The notes under the pieces are model-generated. The model saw only the letters and a program-made list of their open reading frames with translations, made no database searches and was not told the DNA's origin. Source: Lytechinus pictus (taxonomy: Eukaryota). From it: a DNA stretch of 64,000 nt. Below, piece by piece: positions 50,047-64,000 of the stretch (the stretch's first letter is position 1; the number at the start of each line of letters is the position of its first letter). The stretch is taken from assembly GCF_037042905.1 (NCBI RefSeq), contig NC_087251.1:3598001-3662000 (forward strand), in the 5' to 3' direction. Both the position numbers and the translations under genes were made by a program.

Positions 50047-50493
50047 CAGTAGAGGCGCACGGCCAATATGGGAGACTCTCTCCAATAGGGGAGACAATCT
50101 CCCACATTGGAGACTTGCTTTGCAAAAGGACAAAAGAAACAACACCAACAAAAGCATGATTTTTTCCACCCAAAATTTTGTCTCACTGAGGTCAGAAGCC
50201 CATTTGTTTTGTGTGTGATTGACAACAAAAATCCTTATCAAAACAAAAGTAGATGGTGAATTTTTAAAGTAGACGGTGAAAAGGGGTAATTTTTCATGAG
50301 GAATCTGCTTATCACATTTTTATTTGCCGCCAAGGTAATCCTTTTGCAGCAAATGTAAACAAAGGAAATTGGTATCCAAAACTGGAGACTGTCTCTGAAA
50401 TTGGATACCCAAATTCTTTACAAAAGTCTCTGATATTGGAGATAATCTCCCACATTGGAGACAGTCTCCAATATTGGCCGTGCGCCTCTACTG
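50047..50493. mobile_element. 447-bp MITE with 5-bp target duplication
   Basis: ACAAC|CAGTAGAGGCGCACGGCCAATAT ... ATATTGGCCGTGCGCCTCTACTG|ACAAC; subterminal TCTCCCACATTGGAGA repeats. Confidence 0.9.
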
Positions 50494-51339
50494 ACAACGC
50501 ACGAGCTATGTGTACATCCGGGTAGTTCTAGTTCTGCAAATCAAGACCTATCGAGCAATGGCCGACCACGCTCCGCGCAATCACAGACGTTAAGTACGCG
50601 CACCTATGGCGACTCCGCACTCTAGCGTAATTAGTATACATCTCTATCTATGTCCTATGACTAAGTCTAAGACAAGTAATACTAACCTCGCAATACGTGC
50701 GAGTGGGTATATGGACTGATAATTTATTTTATGATAATGTCAAAACTACTAACTTTTAATCTTTTTTATTTGACTTACAATGCACTTTTATAAATGTGAC
50801 TCTTGACAACCTTGACAACCTTGTTCATTGAATGAGTGACTCTTGACTTGAGAAAAACTCTGTCACAAAAAACACAAACAATAAAATGAGTAGATGGGAC
50901 TGATATAACTATTTTAAGTTGTCTGCTGCTATCATTAACATTCATAAACGCGCCCTTGTCATTCCATAAATTACCTAGTACTAGAGGTAGGGCCAGGGGA
51001 TATCCAATCCTTCTGACTAGGTCTGGGTTTGCACTTGCCTGCTTCCAAATGTGTATCAGTACTAGTAGATCAGCTCAGCTGAGGAAATGTTCGTTCCTTC
51101 CGTTCCTTTACTTGCGATCATAGACTAATAAATACGTATAGACTGAAAGGTAGCACCCGCGGAAAAGCCTCATTTAAATAACATTTGCATATAACGTACA
51201 GATACTCCATAGAAGCTCCATGGTGATAAGCGTATTTTGTACCACTTTTGGCCACACCTCCTGGGAGACATTTGAACCGAATCCTAAGCCCCCATTTGCA
51301 TATTGCTAATGAATCATTTATTTTTTCTTTGCGTATTCG

Positions 51340-51506
51340 CAAGATACTATGATTTGATTGGACATTACCTCATGAATAATGTATTTTTCTATTGAAATTC
51401 GTACGTCATAATTTGACCCCTATCGTCACTTCGGCTTAATCAAGGGCTGAAAGGTGACGTCACCCGCACAGAAGAAGGTTATTTCCTTGAAAGATTTTCG
51501 GTGAGT
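51340..51506 (+). promoter_or_regulatory. Probable promoter / first non-coding exon of a + strand transcript
   Basis: Inverted CCAAT (~51357), palindromic CRE GGTGACGTCACC at 51453-51464, strong donor CG|GTGAGT at 51501. Confidence 0.45.
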
Positions 51507-52857
51507 ACTGTCAGATTAACGCTGAATTTTAATTCATTTACAAAAATAAATCAAAAGATCTGATGTTATATGGGATCTTTAGATGTCTGGGTATAACGTG
51601 AATTAATTTTTGTTTATAAAAAGTGAACAATTAGGAAGCAAACGACTTGCGAAAACTCAAAACTATTTCCATCGTCGTGAGCTAAAAATGGTGGCTATAA
51701 AGCCTATATTACTTGATGTAAATCTCCATCTGCTACCATTTGAGACCTCGTATATTCAATTCACGCCAGACTTTCGGGCGAGAGTTTCTCTGAAATTTCG
51801 ATTCCTACCGAAGATCTCAGCAGGCATGAAAAGAACTAGAATCTAGATAACGTTTAGGCTAGACATATTGAGTTTAGAAAGACATTCACTCCATTAACCC
51901 GTCCCTTTGAATTCACATATCAAGACAATACTAGGACCGTAGCCTCTAGAGTAGATCTAGAGTCTAGTCCACGATCATTTTGTAAAAAAAGATGTTTTTC
52001 CCAAACTTATTTCTACTAATAATACGGTACCGGTACTAGGCCTAGGCCTACACTAAAGTTAGTTCTTATGTTTCCTTTTATTTTTTTAAACTTGAAAGTT
52101 GGGCCTACCGCCTTGATCTAGATCTAGACCAAGTCTAAGTTAATCTAACTTAGAGTTAGACGTAGGGCCTACCCCGGGGTCTGAACGTCGCCACTTCGGA
52201 CAGCCTCGGACTCGGCAACATAGATCTAGACTAGAGGGGAGTAGAGATCAAGTCTAAGTTGGGCCTAATTCATCGGTAGATCTGATTACAGGTCTTGGCT
52301 AAAGCTAAAAGAAAACATTTCTACCTCCCAGCCTATCTAGCTTAGGTCTAACTTGTTATAGACCTAGACTAGACTTGGATCTAGGCCTACAAGTACAACA
52401 AAGTCAAAGCGACCTGTAGAATATATATAGGCCTAGGCTTAGTATTATTTCAGTCAGGGTCTTAAGTTAAGGCCAAAGGGTTTATTTAATTTTGGAGGTT
52501 AGCTTTTGTTTGGCCTAACGTGCAGATTTTCCATCGGAGCACTTGTCATCAGAGCAAATGTCATGAAACTATTTTAAAGACACTAGGTCAAGACAGCTTT
52601 AGTCTAGATCTATCACTTGTATGATTCAATAACATTGAAAGTTCGCAGAATAGTAGGTTTAACAAATATGAAATTTAGATCTACTTTTGATGTAGGCCTA
52701 GATCTAGATCTACTTACATTTAGTTCCAGATCTATGTACGTCAGAGTCTATGACTAGATCTAGATTATACGCTATAGTCCAAGTGTTATGTTTTTTTGTT
52801 TTTTTACAATAGCTTGTATTGCTAACATTTCTGTCTGTGTATTGTTTTAATCAACAG

Positions 52858-52948
52858 ACATAGAACATGATGCTGCTTCACATCCTCTTTTAAAGACTCA
52901 AGAATTACAAGACCAAATTAAGCTGCAGGACCCTCCTGATTCAAAAAG
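52858..52948 (+). other. Candidate exon of an unidentified + strand transcript, with a diverged duplicate at ~53838
   Basis: tcaacag| ... AAG|gtaaaa; the ~200-bp block is duplicated ~980 bp downstream. Confidence 0.4.
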
Positions 52949-54656
52949 GTAAAAAAAAACAATAATCATCCTATATTATATATCAAACTGAATGACTTCA
53001 TGTATTTACATACCAAACGACTTTATCCAAGAATGATTCCAGATGTCAATGATTTCATAATCCTACAATGGTTATATTAAAACCCATTTCAAATTTCAAT
53101 ACCCATGTTCAATAATTTACAAGATAATTGTTTAGTAAATTCTTTTTAGTGTCAATACACAAATTAATTTCTTTGAAATTTTGCTAACTCATAGATTTTG
53201 ACATCATTGGCATCTGGAGTCATTAATTTTAGCCATGCCTTATTTCGGTGCAAATCAAAATCTACATCTCTGCAAAGAATACATACTGACTATCCAACCA
53301 TGAATATGATATCAAATTATTTGGGAGAATATACTCTTTCTAGTGGTATAATATGCGTTCATGACATATTTTTACCTTAAATTGGGGCTTTGTGAGGTGT
53401 CCCTTTTTTTTTGGGGGGGGGGGGGGGGGGGCTCACACGGTAGACCAAGATCTAAGTTTTATTGAGTAAATGAAAAGAAAATCAGCTCAGAGACTAGGCT
53501 GGAGTCGTTTTGACAGGCTCCATTTTCATTTTCACCTGTCATATTTTCACGGGACAATTAATATCACCTACCGGTAGATCTAGCTTGTCAAATTTAAATA
53601 AGAAAATCAGAATATACTATACTATAGGCTAAGCAAGTGGAAAGTCATTTGTAATCAATTTATTTGCTTCCTACCCACTCATGAATTCCTCAATCCACAC
53701 CAGATTTTGTAAAGGCGACTCATTCGGCTTGTGATTTCATTAAGCTTTTATATATTTTTTTATTTCTTTTTATTTTGATGATGGCTTGATTGAATTGCTA
53801 ACATTTCTGTCTTTTTGTGTGTGTTTTTTTTCAACAGACATGGAACATGACTCTGCTTCACATCCTTTGTTTTAGAGACTCAAGAAATACAAGACCAAAT
53901 TAAGGGTTTGTTTTTTTAATTCCAATAATAATTTTCTGGTGGAAGAATTAGGGAATAATGCATTGACAATATGCCAAACATCCTATATCAAACTGAATTA
54001 CTGCATGTATTTACAATAGAGTATTGTAACCGTTTCCCCCTCACCACTGACCAAACAAAACCCACAAACAATTTAAGAGGGATAGGGTTATTTTAGGGGT
54101 AATTATCCTTGCTGATTGTAGCAGTAGTTTTTACAAATATGGATGTAGTTAATGATGATGTTTATGATAATAATACTTAGAATAATAAATTCATTACGAT
54201 GACATAACAGTAATGATGAATAAATATGATAATTCAGCACTATAATATGTACATGAAATTGTGTAACAATTTTGGCAATAAAGAATTTTAAACAAAAATA
54301 ATGATCAATGAATTCGGGGGGGGGGGGGGCATGTGACATTTTATCTGTGTTTGTGAGGACAGTAGTCTCTTTCACACCATTTCATCTTAAGCAGATGGGA
54401 ACGAGCTCTGATCAAAATTTGATCTTTAAACTCAAGAGGAAAATAATTGTTACCTGATTTATGTATTTGGAATAAAATGAATTGAAATAATAATTTTGTC
54501 ATTGTCACTGAATTAACAAGTCTTCTATAATTCTTTTAGCTGAGAGTTTAGGTGAATCAAGATATTTGAGGAGACACTGAAAGTACTAGTAGAATTAATG
54601 GACGAGCAATAGTGAACAAGCAGCATAAATTTAAGAGTAATGAGACCTACATTTTG

Positions 54657-54871
54657 CAGCCATGGATCAAGGTTGGAGGGGGTGGTAGTTGCAGGTTTTC
54701 TCTGTAAAAATCACCCCCATTAAAAAACATAACAAATAATATATAAAGATATTTAAAAAAAATGAATAAATTTGAAAATAAAATAGAAAACAATCCTTTT
54801 GAGAACCAGGACCTTTAAGGTGGAGGGCAAAAGACCCCCCCCCCCCTTAAAGAATTTTTGATCCATGGCTG
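54657..54871. mobile_element. Short MITE
   Basis: CAGCCATGGATCAA / TTGATCCATGGCTG inverted ends. Confidence 0.6.
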
Positions 54872-56770
54872 TTATGTAGATGTGATAGAGAATTTCTAAA
54901 TATATATTTTTTTTTAATGAGAAAGATACATGGGTGATTTCAAGTTTGCTGTTGAACTTTTGGTGTGGCGTCTTACAAGTTTTACATCATCATCACAGCA
55001 CCAAAATTACAATCAAATTGATTCATAGATTCATCTCACTTGATGTTGAGCTATTAATGTGATTTGGATTATTTTTGTAAACTCACATTAGGTTTTGGAG
55101 GAAGGAAGAACTAAATTGTGCTACGAACACCAACGCCAAAGTTAGAATCACCCAGTGTATTTTATTTTTTTTAATGAATTGCGAGAAGAGCTGAGAGGTG
55201 GAAAATATAAGAGAAAGAGTTGTGTGTGTGGTTTAATAATGAGAGTGCGATATGGCAAAGAGAGAGCTGAAGAGAGATTAAAAGAATAGATAATGTATTA
55301 CAATGATAATGTGAAGGGGCATAGGGTGCACAAGAGAGTGGACAGAGCCAATTGACAATTTACCCACAAGGAGAAACCATAAAGGGCCATTTTATTCTTT
55401 ATTTATTTTGAGAGGAGGCGGGGATAAATGAGGGAGAAACAATTTATAAAGAGTGGGGAAGAGGAATAAGATGAATAGAGATGACTTTTAAAGACAAAAA
55501 TTAGGCCAATCAGAGTGTGTGTGTGGGGGGGGGGGGGGCAAAGCCGATCAGTGCGCCCCCCCCCAATTTGACAGGCTCAATTAAAAATTGTAATGTAAAG
55601 TGTGTCCCCCTTCTGAAAGTGAAGACCCCCCTTTTTTTGCTTTTCAAATTTTTCCTTGAGAAAATGTGCCCGGCCCCTTTGGAAAAATCCTAGATCCGCC
55701 CTGCCTGAAACTGATGAAGTTTGGTAATGACATGTCACTTATCTGTGCTCTTAAAAAGAGTGAACACAAAGAAATTAGATTACCCCCCCCCCCTGCAAAA
55801 AAGAATTAAATGATCATTATCAATAATTGGAAAGGCTTAGCGTAAAAAACACACTATTAATTAATTACAGAAAATAAATAGGTTCTAATTAAATCCAATC
55901 CTATTTTCTAAAGAAATTTTGGATTCAGAATTTGTTTTTACTATATCATTAATAACATACACTGCGATGTGAAACATGCCTCTAGTGATTCTGATCTGGA
56001 GAACAGCAGAGAAAGGTCGTATTTTTTTTAAATGAAAGAACCAAATTACAAAACCAGTAAGTGAAACGTTCAAACTGAAATACATTGTTATTATTTATAT
56101 TGGCGTATTGTTATTGTGAAATAAACTAGTTCGTAAATATCTTCCCCTTTCATTTACACCAATGTTAAAAAGAAACAGGCTGATTCACCCCCCCCCCCCC
56201 CCCCCCCCCCCCCATCTCCAGGTTAAACAAGATTAAGAAAAGTGTCAGGCTGCGGTGCTAGTGTACGTTGTTGCATGTAAACTGCATTCTATGCACGGAA
56301 GTTGAAAAACGATGCATGCATGATGACTCATTGTAGTGAAGAACGCTGATTGGTCAATAGTAGTAAGAAGTAGATTAATCACGTGATGAATATATTAAAT
56401 TTCATGAATAATTAACGCAAAGTTGACCTCGCTCAATGCGCATGCGTGACGCTGATCTCCACTTTCTGCTTCGTCATATAAAGAGTCTATTGGGATGTGT
56501 GGAGCAGCGAACTGATGAATTATTCATGTATATGCAAATGGGGGCTTAGGATTTGCCCAAATGTCGCCAACAAAATGGCGGAGCTTCGGGGGCCTGTTTT
56601 ACACCATGGCGAAGGCATTTTCCGCAAAAATAGCCACAAAGCGACTAGTGAAGAGTCTACACACGTCGCTGGTTGCAGCTTGCGACACAGGCGAGCCCCG
56701 CATGCAATCTGCACAGTTACTGATAGAGCCTGGAGCATGAAGCTATCATAGAGTTCCTCGGCACTTCATG

Positions 56771-59910
<3,140 letters not shown>

Positions 59911-62142
59911 ATATAACTATCAAAATACAATCACATGCAGTCAAAGACTGAAATAAGTGAATGTTTACATACAAATAGAATCATAACAAAATATAAAGTA
60001 AACATTATAAATAAATATCAAATACAATACAAATTCATACAGATAAAAAAGAAATGTATCATAAATAAATACAAAAGGCCAAAAGTAAAGTGTCACCAAA
60101 GAAGAAAAATGCGGAATGAAAGATTAAGAAGAAAGAGGTGAGAGAAGGGAAAGAAATTGGGATAAGACAAAGAGAAGGGAAAGCAAGAGGTGGAATTTGA
60201 AAGAGAATAGGAGGCAACCTTCAGAAGAAAAAAAACTAATTATGCCTTACAAGACATTTAACAATGGTAACAAGTAAATAAAGTAGTAATTGAATCGAAT
60301 CGAGCACAAAAAAGGGAAAGTAGAGCTGAGGAAATAGACTCCCGAAGGAAGTCGAAGCAGTGTTGATATTGCACATTAGTAGATTAACAGATGGATAGAG
60401 AGAAATAAAAGAGAGACAGATGGATAGATAGACAATTTGAGAGATAGATGTTAGATGGATAGATAGATAGACAGATAGATAGGTAGATAGAGAATGAGAG
60501 AGACAGAGTAGATAGACAAATTAACAGATAGATATATCATGTAGTACCATATATTGATTTATAACATAGATAGTGCATGGATAGACAGATATGATAGATA
60601 TAAGGATAGATATAAAATGAAAAAAAGTAATTATGTGTTTTATTTTTCAATATTTTAGCTATTATTCGTTTTCATTCATATAAACGATCATGTGCGATAA
60701 AGTAAAAAAAATCATGAAGCCAACGTATATAGTTCAGCGGAACAACCAAAATACAGAGACTGAAGATTTTGGTCTATAAGCTCAGCTGCATTTGCACGTA
60801 TGTTCTGCGGATATCTTCGGTGCGGACTTTATCGCGCCCAGCTGATTATGTAAACAAACGTAGACGTAGACTCTTCACTAGTCGCTTTGTGGCTATTTTT
60901 CCGGAAAATGCCTTCGCCAGGGTGTAAAACGGAAACGCGCGGCCCGCGCGCTGGAAGAGCAGTCTTATGATTGAAGTAGCTACCCTGGGTAAATAAAACG
61001 TTATTATTATTCTCCATTTTTTAGGTCTATGCACGATAACTACATCTCTGAACAGCCTCTTCCTCATGTGTTTTTTTCTCTCTCTCTCTTGATCATAAAA
61101 TGAACAAAGATGTAGAACTTTCTCAAACTTATCAATAAGTATACACCCCCTCCCCTTCCTCGGCAGCTAGCTTCCACTGGCACACACGCCCTCACATACA
61201 CGTTCATCACACATCTCTATTATTCAACCTCAATATTTCAGCTCTTGAACAATACTTCAAATAGAAGCATCATTTAAATTTTCATACAATTTCATCTTGT
61301 CTGAATATTCCTTCTACGTATAATTAAATTTCCCACAAAAGACATGTGCAAATAGTGCAATATTTCATTCTTGGATGTACATTAGACACGATTGGGTATG
61401 AGGATTTGGGTTGATTTTTTATTTTTTTTTTATTTGAGTATCAAGATAACTGGTAAGAAATTACATACAGTTTGTATACTACGGAACACAAATAATGAGA
61501 AAAACACGATGATAAAATATAACATAGTTGAAAATTATTTTTTATTATACCCGAAGTTTAATTAAAATTGTATCCTTCAATAGAAATAAAGTTACAAATG
61601 TGAAAAAAAATAACTGAATTTGAAACCAAACAAACTTGCTTAAAATACAAAACTCTATAGTTTTTAATAATTTCATTTTAACGTACCTATTTATGTAAAA
61701 CAAAACAATTTCAAACCATATTGGGAGCATATGCCCCTGAATCCTAAAAGATATATGAATACAATCGTTTCCTAAATTGTTTTTATTTACCAAACAATTT
61801 TTCTATGCAAAAAGAAACAAACGAAGTATAATTCCCTGTTGTACTAAACTAACTCGTGGACAACCTTCCTTAAAATGTTACAGTAGTACTGGGTCTAAAT
61901 ATCAGCCAAAGAATTTTAAACTTTTCAATATTAGCCAATATGAATCAACGTTAATACTTATATGCTTAATTTGCACTTTTGTCAAATTTTAAACGTCGAA
62001 GTCACCTTATAGAAAACTAAAATTATCGATGAACAGTCATAATCATTATAGGCCAAGTACATGATCAAAATATAGTAGGTTACGTATGATAAAAAAATAC
62101 ATTTACTATGATAGAGCGTTTATTTATTAAAAAACATGTTAC

Positions 62143-62250
62143 TTTGCCCAGTTAGGGAATTATTCTTTACAACTGAATGTCCAGATGCATTAATCGTCAG
62201 ATTGACATCCCTTTGAGTATGTTGAGTAACAGTAGGGCTATGTCCACTCC
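62143..62250 (-). CDS. Candidate second coding exon of the CARD gene
   Basis: ctacag acceptor; phase 1 matches the upstream donor; open frame GSGHSPTVTQHTQRDVNLTINASGHSVVKNNSLTGQ. Confidence 0.45.
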
Positions 62251-63495
62251 CTGTAGTATAATTAAGAAAATTAATAGAATATGATGGCAACATCATATTT
62301 TCCTACATCGCATTCTTGAATTCTTTTACAACTTATAATCAATTATATTCAATCATGCATTAATATTTCAAACACTCATAATTTTTTGGTATTATTATAT
62401 GGAATATAATATATATAATATTTCTAATTTTTCAGTTTTGACAAGAAAGAAGCTCTTTGGGTCCCAATTAATAGCAACTCTACATGATCAGGGAGGAATG
62501 AAACTTTGCTTAAAAGTAAAATGAAGATGAGAATAAAAGTTTCATAAACTTAATACAATAAAACACAATTTAACAGTGAGCGGGTGACATCATCGTTTCC
62601 CCCATTTCCATACTGGCCATGCAGATTTCATAAGATCATTATCTTTTTGCGTTATATATATTTCTTTTATTTTTATCCATGTAGGCCTATAAAATAAAAT
62701 TTTATGGAATGGACTAATTTTTTCAATAGTTTTATGTAAGTGAATGATATAAATCAATAATCATGATCAAACAAAGCCACAGACAAAAAACACAAATATT
62801 TCTTTGTTAAATTTTATATAGGTCTACACTGACACGAAAATGAATGTTTTAAACACAATTGATATCCTGTATATAAAATCCAAAATCATGAAAAGGATAC
62901 GCATGTCAGTAAATTAATTTTGGGAGCTCAAAGCGCAAGCTGATTTATTGGGAGATAAACAATTATTGTTGTTGTTGTTTGGTTATTTTACAGCGCTCTC
63001 GTTAAAAAGAAGAATACTTTTTTATATAAGCCAATCAAATTTATTTTTTTATCTCACTACAATGTTGTTGCTTTTTCATTAAATAAGGCCTTATGAGAAA
63101 TTTCGCATGTGAACGCCTCATCGCCAATAGGCAAAATCTTGCCTAGCTCTTCATGCACATCGAGTCAGACGTAAGAACTAGCTGGGCATTTTCCACAGTT
63201 TTTTGTGATCTAATTATAAAGTTAATGCGGTCGCGACGTGCGAGCATTTTTTACCTGAAAAGTAACATTTTAAGCATTTTTGGACATTTATAGGAACATT
63301 TTTATTCGGATACGTTTGTCAGTAGATAACCAACCGAAGTACATAATATTTTGGGGCATGGCCTGATTTATCCCCCACCCTTTAATTTTTATTTTATTTT
63401 ATTTATCAATATTTTTAGGGATGGCTTCTCAACACCCCCCCCCCCCCCCCTTCCCCGGTCTTACGCCCATGTATATGTATCTGCACATAACCTAC

Positions 63496-63835
63496 CTTGA
63501 TTAGGCGGCGTATATTCTTCATGTATAGGACAAGATTGCTCTTGGTAAGTGTCTTCGTATTTCTTCATTGTAAAATATAGATGAGTCGAACCCTCCATCT
63601 TCTTAAGGCACTCCATAAATGATCCATAGGCTTTATCCCCTCTCGTCGGTATGATATCCAGAAGGGCTGATACTTTATCTCTTCTGGTTGTTTCAGCTTT
63701 GACTTTTGCAGCATCATGTGAAGTGATTATCATATCTGCTAGAAGGTGTGGCACTATATCATCTGCATCCAAATCGTTCAGAAGATCAGGAGTAACCTGA
63801 AGAAGAATCTCACGATGTTTCGTTGTCATAGACAT
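63496..63835 (-). CDS. CARD (death-fold) domain protein, first coding exon
   Basis: MSMTTKHREILLQVTPDLLNDLDADDIVPHLLADMIITSHD...RRDKVSALLDIIPTRGDKAYGSFMECLKK has the CARD pattern; acceptor tttttcag at 63840; donor G|gtaggt. Confidence 0.85.
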
Positions 63836-64000
63836 GTTGCTGAAAAAAATATTTTGGTAGAAATTGATGCCGAAAAACAAATTCAGGTATTGTCATGAAT
63901 AGTGAGTTACGGTTTTAAATAGAAATATCATAGGATGGAAAAATAGAGATTTAAAAAAGAGCAGAGCTCAGAATATAGGACTTCACACAGAGAGTACACA

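Overview
AT-rich animal genomic DNA with spliceosomal introns. The repeat landscape looks like a sea urchin or other echinoderm, which is an inference. Three host genes are supported: (1) a Smaug/SAMD4 RNA-binding protein gene on + with 9 coding exons at 4067-24299 and its first exon outside the window; (2) a convergent, complete CGRRF1 (TM + C-terminal RING) gene on - at 34847-40592, with one U12-type minor intron; (3) a CARD-domain gene on - near the right end. The rest is nested transposon debris: MITEs, a piggyBac-like element, two Penelope-like GIY-YIG fragments, SINEs, minisatellite-bearing elements and a GATA microsatellite complex. Four structures stand out. First, a Tc1 (DD34E) element has ~1.28-kb near-identical inverted arms that each hold almost the whole transposase gene; it sits in an older foldback element in the last Smaug intron and is a candidate host-transcribed hairpin silencer locus. 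Second, an LTR is followed by ~31 nt of tRNA-Leu complement and then an inverted LTR end, consistent with a fossil aberrant reverse-transcription product. Third, arm-versus-arm alignment shows the TACATGTA motif arising as a TA->TACATGTA insertion, as expected for excision footprints. Fourth, a dense TA-NNNN-TA cluster lies beside a probable promoter. All alignments were done by eye.
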